The notes under the pieces were generated by a model. The model did no database searches. It worked only from the letters and a program-made list of their open reading frames with translations, and was not told where the DNA came from. A DNA stretch of 64,000 nt from an uncultured delta proteobacterium (GTDB taxonomy: Bacteria > Myxococcota_A > Polyangia > Fen-1088), in the NCBI GenBank assembly GCA_963767925.1, contig CAVYGB010000002.1, positions 1,088,001 to 1,152,000 on the forward strand, read 5' to 3'. Shown here one piece after another: positions 19,681 to 32,284 of this stretch (the first letter of the stretch is position 1; each line of letters starts with the position of its first letter). The translations under genes were made by a program, and so were the position numbers.

Positions 19681-20112
19681 TCAGGGGCTGTCGATCGCGG
19701 GCTTCTTGGGGGTCTCGCCGCCGCCGGGGTCGGGCGCCTTGCGGGCCACGTCGACCTCCTCGTGGCGCGGGTGGTGCGCCCGCGGCTCGTCCAGGCTCGA
19801 GAGGATGTACGTCGACTCCATCATGTCGAACCCGGCGCGGTCGAGCTGACGCCGGAGCTGCTCACGGACCACCAGCCTGCTCGGTTCCGGGACGTCGTGG
19901 GTCTTCTGCATGATCTGGACGCGGAGCTGCTCCATCAGCGATGATCGAGCGGCTGGATCATGTTTCACCTCGTCGGGGATCCAGAGCGGCTCGGTCTCCG
20001 CCGCCACGTAGCCACCGGGGTACGGCTGTCCGTGCCGCCCATCACCAAGCAGCGAGGGTGCGCAGCTTGCCAGCGCGGGGAATAACAACAGCGTCAAACC
20101 GATTCGGGTCAT
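19681..20112 (-). CDS. Hypothetical lipoprotein
   Basis: GAGGAG RBS, MTRIGLTLLLFPALASC lipobox. Confidence 0.7.
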   Translation of the reverse strand: MTRIGLTLLLFPALASCAPSLLGDGRHGQPYPGGYVAAETEPLWIPDEVKHDPAARSSLMEQLRVQIMQKTHDVPEPSRLVVREQLRRQLDRAGFDMMESTYILSSLDEPRAHHPRHEEVDVARKAPDPGGGETPKKPAIDSP

Positions 20113-20305
20113 GCTTGGCTCCTCGGTGATGGGGTCGGGAACCACCCCCTGGATGGTCCCGGGAAGGGCGATGCAGGAGCCGGACTGGTTGTGACGGATA
20201 ATCGGACGCCCGAATGGGCCTGGGTGGCTGGACGTGGCGCGGCTGGCGCGTCGCGTGCGTCGGGGCGGCCGCGATAACTTATTCAGAGGTCGAGTGAGGG
20301 GGCCA

Positions 20306-22978
<2,673 letters not shown>

Positions 22979-22991
22979 CGAGCGTGCGGCA

Positions 22992-23642
22992 ATGAAACCA
23001 ACCGAGACCGTGCCCACCCCGGCGGAGGCGCCGGAGGAGCGGATCGCCGCCTGCCTCGCGGAGGGCCGCCTGGGGGACGCCGCCACCGCCGGGCTGCGGG
23101 CCTACGGCGCCGAGATCGGCGGCTACCTGGCCGCCGTGCTGCGCGACTCCACCGCCGCCTCCGACGTGTTCTCCGACGTGTGCGAGGACATCTGGCGGGG
23201 CATCGGCCGCTTCCGGGGCGACAGCTCGTTTCGCACCTGGGCCTACGCGGTAGCCTGGAACGCGGTCAAGATGTACCGACGCGATCCGTTCCGGCGGCGC
23301 GCCCAGCGGCTGCAGACCAGCGACTACTCCCGCCTGGCCGATCGCCTGGCGAAGAGCTCGCTGCTGCACGCCGACCCGCTGGCCAAGGACCGCCTGGCCC
23401 GCCTGCGCGCCAGCTTGACCCCGTTCGAGCAGTCGATGCTGATCCTGCGGATCGATCGCGGCCTGCCCTGGCGCGAGATCGCCCTGATCCTCGCGGAGGA
23501 GGGCGACGGCACCCCGGTCGATCCCGCCAGCGTGCCAGCCACCTTGCCCGCCACCTTGCGCAAGCAGTTCGAGCGCCTCAAGGATCGCCTGCTGGCCCAG
23601 GCCACCCTCGAGGGCCTCGCCGACCCCGCCCGCGGCCCGTAG
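22992..23642 (+). CDS. ECF sigma-70 factor (myxobacterial, kinase-linked)
   Basis: YGAEIGGYL, FRGDSSFRTWAYAVAWN, LILRIDRGLPWREIA, LRKQFERLK. Confidence 0.88.
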   Translation: MKPTETVPTPAEAPEERIAACLAEGRLGDAATAGLRAYGAEIGGYLAAVLRDSTAASDVFSDVCEDIWRGIGRFRGDSSFRTWAYAVAWNAVKMYRRDPFRRRAQRLQTSDYSRLADRLAKSSLLHADPLAKDRLARLRASLTPFEQSMLILRIDRGLPWREIALILAEEGDGTPVDPASVPATLPATLRKQFERLKDRLLAQATLEGLADPARGP

Positions 23643-23668
23643 CCGTTACCGGCGCACGGGCGGCGCGG

Positions 23669-24355
23669 TCAGCTCCGGCGCAGCCGGCGGGTGACGACGA
23701 TGTGGCCCGCGAGGGCGAACACAACCGGCCCCGCGGCCAGCCAGACGTAGGGGAAGTGGGTGACCCACAGGTTCAGGTTGTGGGGCTCGGAGCCGAACGC
23801 CGCGACGATCGGGGTGGTGGCCACGGCGATGGCGGCGATCATCGCCAGGGTGGCGAAGCCGAGGAGGTTCCAGGCCCAGATCGCCCAGCGCGGGCAGCCG
23901 CCGCGGGCGATCCACCAGGCCAGCGGCACCGCCAGGATGCCGACGAGGATGTCGAGGTTGAAGCCGGAGTAAGAGAGCTGCATCGGCATGATCCGCTCGT
24001 TGGCCGCGTGGTGCATCACCAGCTCGAGCGGCAGCCGGAAGGCCTGCGCCCCCACCAGCGCCACCAGGGAGAAGGCCTCCGCCACCCGCGCGCCCAGCGG
24101 CGACAGCCCCAGCCCCAGGGCCAGCGCGATCACCGCCGCCATGAACAGCAACATCGGCGGCGGGCGCAGGTCGAACCGCCCGAGCACGCCGGCAACCGCC
24201 AGCACGGCGGCCAGCCCGTACCAGCCCACCACCCCCGCCACCCCCTCGGCCATCCGCCCGGTCGATCGCGCCACCGCCAGGACGAACATCACCGCCACCA
24301 GCAGGGCCAGGCCGGTGATGCCGGCGGCGACGATGGGATCGTGGTCGAACCGCAT
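23669..24355 (-). CDS. Integral membrane protein
   Basis: About 6 TM segments; QAFRLPLELV, SGFNLDILVG, FPYVWL. Confidence 0.8.
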   Translation of the reverse strand: MRFDHDPIVAAGITGLALLVAVMFVLAVARSTGRMAEGVAGVVGWYGLAAVLAVAGVLGRFDLRPPPMLLFMAAVIALALGLGLSPLGARVAEAFSLVALVGAQAFRLPLELVMHHAANERIMPMQLSYSGFNLDILVGILAVPLAWWIARGGCPRWAIWAWNLLGFATLAMIAAIAVATTPIVAAFGSEPHNLNLWVTHFPYVWLAAGPVVFALAGHIVVTRRLRRS

Positions 24356-24492
24356 GCCCCGAACATACCCCGACTGCCGGGAGCCCGATCGCGCGGCGCC
24401 GGCTGCGCGCCGGACCCACATGCTCACACCCGATCCCGGCGCATCGCCGGCGGCGGGATCGCCCTTGTGGTCCGCGGCGGCGCCGTGGCCAA

Positions 24493-25536
24493 ATGGAGAA
24501 GATGAAGAGGGTACTGAAGGTCGTGGGGGTGATCCTGGGGATGGTCGTGGGAGGTGTGGTGGTGTTCGTGGCCACCTTCGAACCCAAGCAGCGGCCGCCG
24601 CTGAGCGAGACCATCGAGCGGACCCCGGCGCGGCTCGAGCGCGGCAAGTACCTGGTCGAGGCGGTGCTGGGCTGCATGGACTGCCACGCGGCCAAGGATC
24701 CCACCCGCTTCGGGATGCCGGTGACCGGCCCACCCGGGGCGGGGGCGCCGTGCCTGGGGCCGGAGATGGGGATGCCGGGGTCGATCTGTCCGTCCAACAT
24801 CACGCCCGATCCAGAGACCGGCATCGGCGCCTGGACCGACGGGGAGATCCTGCGCGCCATCCGCGAGGGGATCAGCCGCGACGGACGCGGGCTGTTCCCC
24901 TTCATGCCCTATAGCTCGTACAAGGGCCTCTCGGACGAGGACGGGCGCGCGGTGGTGGCCTACCTGCGCACGCTGGCCCCGGTCAAGCAGGTGGTGCCGA
25001 AGTCGGTCGTCGATTTCCCGGTCAGCTTCTTCGTCAAGATGGCGCCCAAGCCGCTGCCGGGGCCGGTGCCCGAGCCAGACACCGCCGACAAGGTGGCCCA
25101 CGGCAAGTACCTCGCGCAGGTGAGCGGCTGCCAGTTCTGCCACACGCCGGTCGACTCGCGGCACGTCCCGATCGCGGCGCAGGAATTTTCGGGCGGGCAG
25201 GAGTTCAAGGGGCCCTGGGGCGTCGTGCGCTCGGCGAACCTGACCCCCCACGCCACCGGCCTCGGCGATCGCGACGAGGCCGCCTTCGTGGGGCTCCTCA
25301 AGGCCTTCGCCCTCGCCGCGGCCGACGTGCCCCAGGTGCCGATCGATCAGAACACCGTGATGCCCTGGCTCACGCGCGCGCACATGACCGCGCCGGACCT
25401 CGGCGCCATCTACGCCTACCTGCGCACGCTGCCGGGCATCGCGCGCATCGTCGAGAAGCGCCTGTTGCCGAAGGTCCCCGGCCTGCCCGTCGAGGGCGAA
25501 GAGGCCACGCCGCCGGCCGCCCCCGCCACGCCCTGA
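24493..25536 (+). CDS. Membrane-anchored diheme cytochrome c
   Basis: CMDCH and CQFCH; NITPDPETGIGAWT, MPY, SANLTP, MPW. Confidence 0.92.
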   Translation: MEKMKRVLKVVGVILGMVVGGVVVFVATFEPKQRPPLSETIERTPARLERGKYLVEAVLGCMDCHAAKDPTRFGMPVTGPPGAGAPCLGPEMGMPGSICPSNITPDPETGIGAWTDGEILRAIREGISRDGRGLFPFMPYSSYKGLSDEDGRAVVAYLRTLAPVKQVVPKSVVDFPVSFFVKMAPKPLPGPVPEPDTADKVAHGKYLAQVSGCQFCHTPVDSRHVPIAAQEFSGGQEFKGPWGVVRSANLTPHATGLGDRDEAAFVGLLKAFALAAADVPQVPIDQNTVMPWLTRAHMTAPDLGAIYAYLRTLPGIARIVEKRLLPKVPGLPVEGEEATPPAAPATP

Positions 25537-25600
25537 CGATTTCGTGCGCCGAACGGCCCGGATCGCCCGGATGGCGGATGACCGTGGCTTCTCCCCGCTC

Positions 25601-25650
25601 GTTCGCCCTCGCCCCGCGGCAGCGGGGAGAGAGAGGAGTGAGGGGTCTCC
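25601..25650. repeat. Single REP-like arm
   Basis: GTTCGCCCTCGCCCCGCGGCAGCGGGGAGAGAGAGGAGTGAGGGGTCT. Confidence 0.85.
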
Positions 25651-25652
25651 GC

Positions 25653-26615
25653 TTACAACATCAGCCAGTCGATGGCCGCGCCGAGCAGCTTGAGGCCGTT
25701 GTCGTTGAGATAGAGCTGCGTCACCGGGGGCGGGGCGTGTACGGCGAAGAAGAACTGCAGGCGGCGGGCCGGCGCGGGCCGGTCGACCATCATCGCCCCC
25801 GCGGGGTACCCGAACAGCACCCAGCGCTCCGGCTTGCCTTTCACCGTCGCGATCTTCACCGCGCCCGGCCCGGGCGTGCCCCAGAACATCTCCTGGGTGC
25901 GGGCGTACACCGTGAGGTCGCCCGCGGGAAAGCCCGCCGTGAGCACCGGATCGGTGGCGGCGATATTGAGCTGGGTGAGGCCCTGCTCGAAGCCGTGGCC
26001 GGCGTCGCTGGTCATGCCGAGCACCGGCAGCAGGAAGTGCTCGAACACGATGATGGGCGCCTTGACGTCGGCGAAGGCCGCCCGGGCGGCGAAGCTCCCG
26101 CTCTGCATGCTGCAGGAGAGCACGACGACCCGCTTGCCGGCGGCGTCGGCCGCGGTGGCGTCGACCTCCCGGACCTCCTGCACCTCGAGCTTGCGGGCCA
26201 GCAGCGCATCCCGGATCTGGACGTCGGTGCCGACCAGCGGAATCGTGCCCACCACCATGAGCGCCTTGCCGCCCGCGGCCGGTGCGCCAGGCTCGGAGGG
26301 CCGCGGGGGTTTCGTCGCCGCCGCCCCGTCGGTGGGTGGCGGCGGCTCGACCGGCGGTCCACCGGCACCGGGGGCGTTGCCACCCCCGCCACCCGCCCCC
26401 GCCGGGGGAGCCGGAGGCGGAGCGGGCGCCGGCGCGGCCGCGCCAGGCGCCGGGGCGCCCGGGCTGGCCGATCCGCCCGGTCCGGGGGCAGCCGGAGCCG
26501 CGCCACCGGCCCCCTCGCTGCTCGGGGCGGGCGCGCCGGACGACCCCGACTTGCACGCGGCAAAGGCACACATCACCAGGCTGGCGAGCAGCAAAGGCCG
26601 GGTCGCGGTGTTCAT
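25653..26615 (-). CDS. Hypothetical lipoprotein, Pro/Ala/Gly linker plus globular C-terminal domain
   Basis: MNTATRPLLLASLVMCAFAAC lipobox; KALMVVG...MFWGTP...LLGAAIDW. Confidence 0.75.
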   Translation of the reverse strand: MNTATRPLLLASLVMCAFAACKSGSSGAPAPSSEGAGGAAPAAPGPGGSASPGAPAPGAAAPAPAPPPAPPAGAGGGGGNAPGAGGPPVEPPPPTDGAAATKPPRPSEPGAPAAGGKALMVVGTIPLVGTDVQIRDALLARKLEVQEVREVDATAADAAGKRVVVLSCSMQSGSFAARAAFADVKAPIIVFEHFLLPVLGMTSDAGHGFEQGLTQLNIAATDPVLTAGFPAGDLTVYARTQEMFWGTPGPGAVKIATVKGKPERWVLFGYPAGAMMVDRPAPARRLQFFFAVHAPPPVTQLYLNDNGLKLLGAAIDWLML

Positions 26616-26764
26616 GGATCCACCATCTCCCGCGAAACGCCCGTCAGGGGAAGCCGTTTCAACCCGCACAACCCCCAGCCGCCCTGCCCCCCGCCACCAA
26701 CCCGAGGACAGCTCCAATCAGGAGCTATCCAGCGCCGGCGCAGCCGCACCGGTTGCACGCGTAG

Positions 26765-27124
26765 TTACATCGAGCCCTCGGCGGCGCCACCCTTCTCGTT
26801 GGGGCCTCCGCCGCTGGCGGTCGGGACGGGCAGAGGGGCGCGCGGGCGGCCGTTGTTGACCCGCTCGCGCAGCTCCTTGCCGACCTTGAAGAAGGCCAGC
26901 CGCTTGGGCTTGACGTGGACCGTCTCACCGGTGCGCGGGTTGCGGCCCTCGTAGGCCTCGTACTCGCGGATGGTGAAGCTCCCGAAGCCGCGTATCTCGA
27001 TGCCCTCGCCCCGCTTGAGCGCCTCGATCATCGCCTCGAAGATGTGGTCGACGACGAGCTCGGCTCGACCCCAGGGGAACTTCAGCTTCTCGGCGACGGC
27101 CGCGATGAGATCGGCTTTCGTCAT
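26765..27124 (-). CDS. ihfB: Integration host factor beta / HU-family DNA-binding protein
   Basis: MTKADLI, IEIRGFGSF, GRNPRTGE, FFKVGKELRERVN. Confidence 0.88.
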   Translation of the reverse strand: MTKADLIAAVAEKLKFPWGRAELVVDHIFEAMIEALKRGEGIEIRGFGSFTIREYEAYEGRNPRTGETVHVKPKRLAFFKVGKELRERVNNGRPRAPLPVPTASGGGPNEKGGAAEGSM

Positions 27125-27260
27125 GGCCCGTCCCGAGCCTTATAGCACGGGTGTAACTGTCCGTGGAAACGGAGGTTTTTAGCACCCCCAGGTTGACGAC
27201 CTGTAACCATACCGGCAGGGCCCTGCCACCTCCTCGCCACCGTCCGCTCGCCATACTCGA

Positions 27261-28490
27261 ATGGCCATGTCAGCGGATGACGCAATCTCGACCATCCTGT
27301 GGGCCCTGGGCGGGCTGGCTCTCGCCGGCCTGGCGGTCAATCTGCTGGCCGACCGGGCCCTGCGCCGCTGCCTGCGCGGCCCGGCCCCCGGCCCCGGGGT
27401 CGCCCCCGGCCCCTCCCCTGCCGTCAGCATCCTCAAGCCGGTCAAGGGCCTGGACGACGGCCTCGAGGAGAACCTGCTGTCCCTGGCCGACCAGGCCTAC
27501 CCGACCTTCGAGATCCTCGTCGGGGCCGCCGACCCCGACGACCCCGCCCTGGCCGTCGCCCGCCGGGTGGCCAGCCAGCGCCCCGCCGCCGCGATCCGGG
27601 TGGTGGTCTGTCCCGCCGACGGCGGCCTGAACCCCAAGGTCTCGATCCTGCGCGTGCTCGGGGCCCGCGCCCGCCACGACCTGCTGCTGATCTCCGACTC
27701 CAACGTCCGGGCCGACCCCGGCTACCTGACCGCCACCACGCGCGAGCTGGACGACCCCGCGGTCGGCCTGGTCACCAACCTGGTGGCGGGCAGCGGCGAG
27801 CGCAGCACCGGCGCCACCCTCGAGGGCCTGCACCTGGTGACCTTCGTGGCCCGGGCCACCGCCTTCGCCGCCGCCCACCTGGCGCGCGCCTGCGTGGTCG
27901 GCAAATCGATGCTGTTCCGCCAGTCCGACCTGGCGCGGGTAGGCGGCTGGAGCTCCGTGCGCGACGTGCTCGCCGAGGACTACGTCATCGGCCAGGCCTT
28001 CCAGCGCGCCGGCTACCGCGTGGTCTGCTCGGGCCACGTCATCCACACCTACAACCGCGACTGGCCGGTCTCCCGCTTCGTCAACCGCCACCTGCGCTGG
28101 GGCCAGATGCGCCGGCGCGTGCACCTGCCCGCCTACCTGCTCGAGCCGGTGCTCAGCCCGACCTCGCTGCTGATGGTGATGGTGATGCTGTCGCTCTGGG
28201 CCGGCACCGCCGTCGACCTCGTCGTGCCGCTCGGCCTGCTCGGGATCGGGATCCGGCTGCTCGCCGACCGCGCCCTCTGGCGGCTCATGCGGGGGACGCC
28301 GCCCCCCCTGTCGACCCTGCTGCTGGGGCTGCCGAAGGACCTGCTCGTCCTCGGCGTGTGGCTGGTGGCTGGCTTCCGCCGCACCATCCACTGGCGCGGC
28401 AACATCGCCACCATCGGCCCCGGCACCCGCCTGCAGGCCAAGCCGCCCCGCCCCCAGCCCACCGCCGCCCCCGCCCTGCGTCCTTCCTGA
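27261..28490 (+). CDS. Ceramide glucosyltransferase/HpnI-like glycosyltransferase
   Basis: SILKPVKG, GLNPKV, ISDSNV, GKSMLFR, LAEDY, RHLRW, WRG. Confidence 0.88.
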   Translation: MAMSADDAISTILWALGGLALAGLAVNLLADRALRRCLRGPAPGPGVAPGPSPAVSILKPVKGLDDGLEENLLSLADQAYPTFEILVGAADPDDPALAVARRVASQRPAAAIRVVVCPADGGLNPKVSILRVLGARARHDLLLISDSNVRADPGYLTATTRELDDPAVGLVTNLVAGSGERSTGATLEGLHLVTFVARATAFAAAHLARACVVGKSMLFRQSDLARVGGWSSVRDVLAEDYVIGQAFQRAGYRVVCSGHVIHTYNRDWPVSRFVNRHLRWGQMRRRVHLPAYLLEPVLSPTSLLMVMVMLSLWAGTAVDLVVPLGLLGIGIRLLADRALWRLMRGTPPPLSTLLLGLPKDLLVLGVWLVAGFRRTIHWRGNIATIGPGTRLQAKPPRPQPTAAPALRPS

Positions 28491-28633
28491 CCGGCGGCCC
28501 GCGGCCACCCTCCCTCGGGGGATCCCTGGAAAGGGGGCCTCCGCACCTGGGTGTCACCTGGGTGAATCCATATTGGGTATGCGTGCCCGGGCCGCGCCAC
28601 GTAGCGCCCCAGTCGGCTGCGGGCCCGCACCGC

Positions 28634-29890
28634 ATGGAACCTGCCCAGACGACCGCGCCGGAGCTCGACCGGAAGGGACGCAGCCGCGTCCTCGACATGC
28701 TCGAGAGCCTCCTGGCCCTGCCGTCCGCCGAGCTGAAGGCGACGCTGACCTCGGCCTGCGACCTGGTGGCGAAGGCCCTGCGCGCCGACAAGGTGGACGC
28801 GTTCGTGTACGACCCGGCCAGGAGCAGCCTCGACGCCATCGGAACCAGCAACCAGCCGCTGTCGGCGCTCGAGCGACGCCTGGGCCTCGACGTGCTGGCC
28901 CTGGCCAACGGCGGGCGCGTCGTGCAAGTGTTCAGCACCGGCAAGACCTTCCTGACCGGCGCGCTCGAGCGGGACCCCGAGGAGCTGCGCGGGATCAAGG
29001 AGGGTCTGAAGGTCCGATCCTCGCTCGGCGTCCCTCTCGAGGTGGGCGGCGCGCGCCGGGGCGTGTTGATGGTAGCCTCGCAGACCCCCGACTTCTTCAC
29101 CGCCGAGGACGCGCGCTTTGCCGAGCTGGTCGTGCGCTGGGTGGGCATGGTCGCCCACCGGGCCGAGCTGGTCGAGACGATCACCCGCGCCGCCCACGAG
29201 CAGGGCCGCCAGATCGCCGCCGAGGAGCTGGTCACCGCCCTGGCCCACGACCTGCGCAACCTGCTCGCGCCGCTGAAGGCCCGGCTGTACGTGCTGCAGA
29301 CGCGCGCCGGGCAGCAGGGACGCGCCGACGACGCCCGCGACGCCGAGTCGGCCACCCGCATCGTGCAGCGGCTGGCCGGCATGATCGGCAACATGCTCGA
29401 CAGCGCCCGGATCGACAGGGGGATCTTCCAGATCGAGCAGCGCCCGCTGTCGATGGTGGCCTTGTGCCGCGAGGTGGCCCGCCTGATGGCCACCGACGAC
29501 CAGCCGGTCGAGGTGACTGCCGCCGAGGATCTTGCCGTCGAGGGGGACGGAGAGCGGCTGCGCCAGTGCCTGGAGAACATCGTGGCCAACGCCGTTCGAC
29601 ACTCACCGCGGAACACCGCCGTGCAGGTGAACGTGGGACAGGAGGCTCGCGCCGAGGGTCCCAGGGTCAAGGTGGTGGTCCGCGACGAGGGCCCCGGCAT
29701 CCCCGCCGAGGTGTTGCCCCGCATCTTCGACCGCTTCGCCACCGGCGAGCGCTCGATCGGCCTGGGCCTGGGCCTGTACCTGGCCCGGCAGATCGTCGAG
29801 GCCCACGGCGGCCAGCTCACCGTGGAGTCGACCCTCGGCGAGGGGGCGCGCTTCATCATGGTCCTGCCCGCGTTCGTCTCCGCGGGCTGA
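28634..29890 (+). CDS. GAF-domain sensor histidine kinase
   Basis: SSLGVPL GAF; AHDLRN, NIVANA, DEGPGI, GLGLGL. Confidence 0.92.
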   Translation: MEPAQTTAPELDRKGRSRVLDMLESLLALPSAELKATLTSACDLVAKALRADKVDAFVYDPARSSLDAIGTSNQPLSALERRLGLDVLALANGGRVVQVFSTGKTFLTGALERDPEELRGIKEGLKVRSSLGVPLEVGGARRGVLMVASQTPDFFTAEDARFAELVVRWVGMVAHRAELVETITRAAHEQGRQIAAEELVTALAHDLRNLLAPLKARLYVLQTRAGQQGRADDARDAESATRIVQRLAGMIGNMLDSARIDRGIFQIEQRPLSMVALCREVARLMATDDQPVEVTAAEDLAVEGDGERLRQCLENIVANAVRHSPRNTAVQVNVGQEARAEGPRVKVVVRDEGPGIPAEVLPRIFDRFATGERSIGLGLGLYLARQIVEAHGGQLTVESTLGEGARFIMVLPAFVSAG

Positions 29891-29935
29891 GCCCTTGTCG
29901 GGCGGGGCTACCGGCCGCACCTTGCCCCCGGCTGC

Positions 29936-30445
29936 ATGGAATCTTTTGGTGACCGCGCCTGGGCCACGCTGAAGGACGAGTTCTCGGACCTCGGCGAAGG
30001 CCTGCCGCTGATCCGGCTGCTCGTGCGGCTGGTAGTGGCCGCCCTGCTCGGGGGGCTCATCGGCTACGAGCGCAAGCAGGCCGGCAAGGACGTCGGCCCC
30101 CGCACCCACATGCTGGTGGCGGCCGGCTCGGCCCTTTTCGTGATAGTCCCGCAGCAGGCCGGCATGCCGATGTCCGACCTCAGCCGCGTGCTGCAGGGGC
30201 TGCTCGCCGGCATCGGCTTCATCGGCGGCGGCGCCATCCTGAAGTCGCCCGAGCAAGGCCGGGTCCAGGGCATCACCTCCGCCGCCGGCCTCTGGATGGT
30301 CGCCGCGGTGGGCGTGGCCGTCGGCCTGGGCCGCACCGCCACCGCCATCGTCGCCGCCCTCTTCTCCTACGCGGTCCTCTCCCTGATGTACCGCCTCGAA
30401 CGCCGCATGGACATCGGCAAGGACCACCACCCCCTGCAGCCGTAG
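29936..30445 (+). CDS. MgtC/SapB family membrane protein
   Basis: LGGLIGYER, GPRTHMLV, GIGFIGGGAI, GITSAAGLW. Confidence 0.92.
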   Translation: MESFGDRAWATLKDEFSDLGEGLPLIRLLVRLVVAALLGGLIGYERKQAGKDVGPRTHMLVAAGSALFVIVPQQAGMPMSDLSRVLQGLLAGIGFIGGGAILKSPEQGRVQGITSAAGLWMVAAVGVAVGLGRTATAIVAALFSYAVLSLMYRLERRMDIGKDHHPLQP

Positions 30446-30464
30446 GCGCCGGGAGGGGCGGACC

Positions 30465-30887
30465 CTACCGGGTGTGCTTCCAGATCCGGATGACGTCGCC
30501 CACGCGCTCGTACGAGAGCTGCTTGGCCTTGACGACGATGTGAAGCGCCTGCTCCCAGGGGACGTTGCGCATCTTGATCGTCACCTCGCCCGTGACGCCA
30601 TCGGTGGTCTCGAGGGTCACCTGTCCGGCGTCGGCGAGCAGGCGCAGGACGCGGTGGATATCCGCCCCACGGAAGTCGAGATCGATCCGCCGGCCGGTGA
30701 ACGTGGACGGATCCGGCTCGGTCGCCTCGACGCGCGGTCGCACGGTCCCCTCGGGGAGGGCCGGGGGGAGCGGCGCTTGCCGCGCGCCCGCGGGGCGAAG
30801 GGTACGGGTCGGCTCGACCGGGGGGATCCGCGATGCGAACGCGGGACCCGCGGCCAGCAGGACGACGATCACGCTGAAAGACCGCAT
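30465..30887 (-). CDS. Secreted stand-alone secretin N0/STN domain protein
   Basis: Signal peptide ..PAFA; FTGRRIDLDFRGADIHRVLRLLAD...VTIKMRNVPWEQAL (PilQ N0-like). Confidence 0.8.
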   Translation of the reverse strand: MRSFSVIVVLLAAGPAFASRIPPVEPTRTLRPAGARQAPLPPALPEGTVRPRVEATEPDPSTFTGRRIDLDFRGADIHRVLRLLADAGQVTLETTDGVTGEVTIKMRNVPWEQALHIVVKAKQLSYERVGDVIRIWKHTR

Positions 30888-30959
30888 CGTGCGCCGGGGT
30901 ATCGGCGGGTCCTGGCGATCGGTTGAGGCGCGCCCGCTGCGAGGGCGAAAGCGCGCCGA

Positions 30960-31475
30960 TCAGGCTCGGGCCCAGGGGGGGGCGCAGAGGTGGCACCAGG
31001 CGTTGCGGCCTTTGCGTTGCCACTCGGCCTCGCCGAAGTGGAGGGGCCGGGGCGGGGCGTCGGGGGGGAGGACGCGGTGGACGTGGGGCGCCGGGGGGAC
31101 GTCCTCGGCAGAGGGCGCAGTAGCCGCGGGGATCAGCGGCTCGACGCGGGCGGTGAGGGGTGGGTTCAGGAACAGGGGGAGAGAGACGCGCGTTCGGGCG
31201 AGCGAGGGGTTGATCACCCGATGCGGGGTGGCGGGAAAGGCGCCGCGGCTCGCGACCTGCAACAGCTCGCCCGGGTGGACCCAGAGGCCGCCGGGGACGG
31301 GATCGACGAGCGCCCAGTCGCCGCCGGGGTGGCAGATCTCCAGGCCGGGGCTGTCCTGCAGGGTGAGCGTGACCCAGCTGAAGTCGACGTGGGCGGCCAC
31401 ACCCGGTCGCTGCACGTCGGCCGCCGGTTGCGGGTGGTAGCCGATGAGCTTGAGCAGGAGGTACCCCTCGCGCGC
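30960..31475 (-). pseudogene. C-terminal half of an isopenicillin-N-synthase-like 2OG-Fe(II) oxygenase
   Basis: LKLIGY, AHVDFSWVTL, PGL, ATPHRV, RVSLPLF; N-terminal half absent. Confidence 0.75.
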
Positions 31476-32209
31476 CGGGCCGTCGCTCTCGGCGAGGATG
31501 CTGCCCCCGAGCCGCTGCACGAGGTTGCTCACGATGGCCAGGCCGAGGCCCAGGCCGCCGCCGAGCGCGTCCCGCTCGCGGTCGACCTGCCCGAAGGGCT
31601 CGAAGATGCGGTCGAGCTGGTCGCGGGCGATGCCGCGCCCGTTGTCCCGGACGGTGACCCGGACCCGGGCGGACAGGCGTTCGATGGCCACGTCAATCTT
31701 TCCCCGGGGGGGCGTGAACTTGGCGGCGTTGGTGAGCAGGTTGGCGAAGACCTGCGCCAGGCGCACGGGATCACCCTTGATGGTGAGGAAGTCCGCCCGG
31801 TCGACCCGCAAGGCGTGGCCGTGACGGGTGATCAGCGGGGAGGCCAGCTCCAGCGCTCGCTCGAGGACCGAGAAAGGGAGACCTTCTCGCTTCGTAGCTC
31901 GACGTGGCCGGTTGTCACGCGGGAGATGTCGAGCAGGTCGTCCACCAGCCGCGCGAGATGCCGGGTGTGCCGCTCGATCACCTGCTTCTCGCGGGCCACC
32001 GAGGCGTGGCGCCCCAGCAGCTCGACGGCGGTCAGGATGGGCGCCAGGGGGTTGCGCAGCTCGTGCCCGAGCATGGCCAGGAACTCGTCCTTGCGGCGCG
32101 CGGCCTCGAGCACGTTCGCCGCTTCCAGGGTCGCGCCGACCAGGTTCGCGGCGCTGCGGACCAGGACCCTGTCGGTCTCGGGGTCGAGCGGGGAGCGGCG
32201 GCCCAACAT
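31476..32209 (-). pseudogene. Histidine kinase fragment (HisKA + most of HATPase), frameshifted and truncated
   Basis: KDEFLAMLGHELRNPL; frameshift near 31872; NLLTNAAKF, DNGRGI, GLGLGL; ends at ESDGP. Confidence 0.75.
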
Positions 32210-32284
32210 TCCCGAGCGCCGCCGTCGGATGTTCTGTCCGACCGAGGTCGTCGAATGGCGGCGCGGGCTGGCTGCCCGCCGGGG

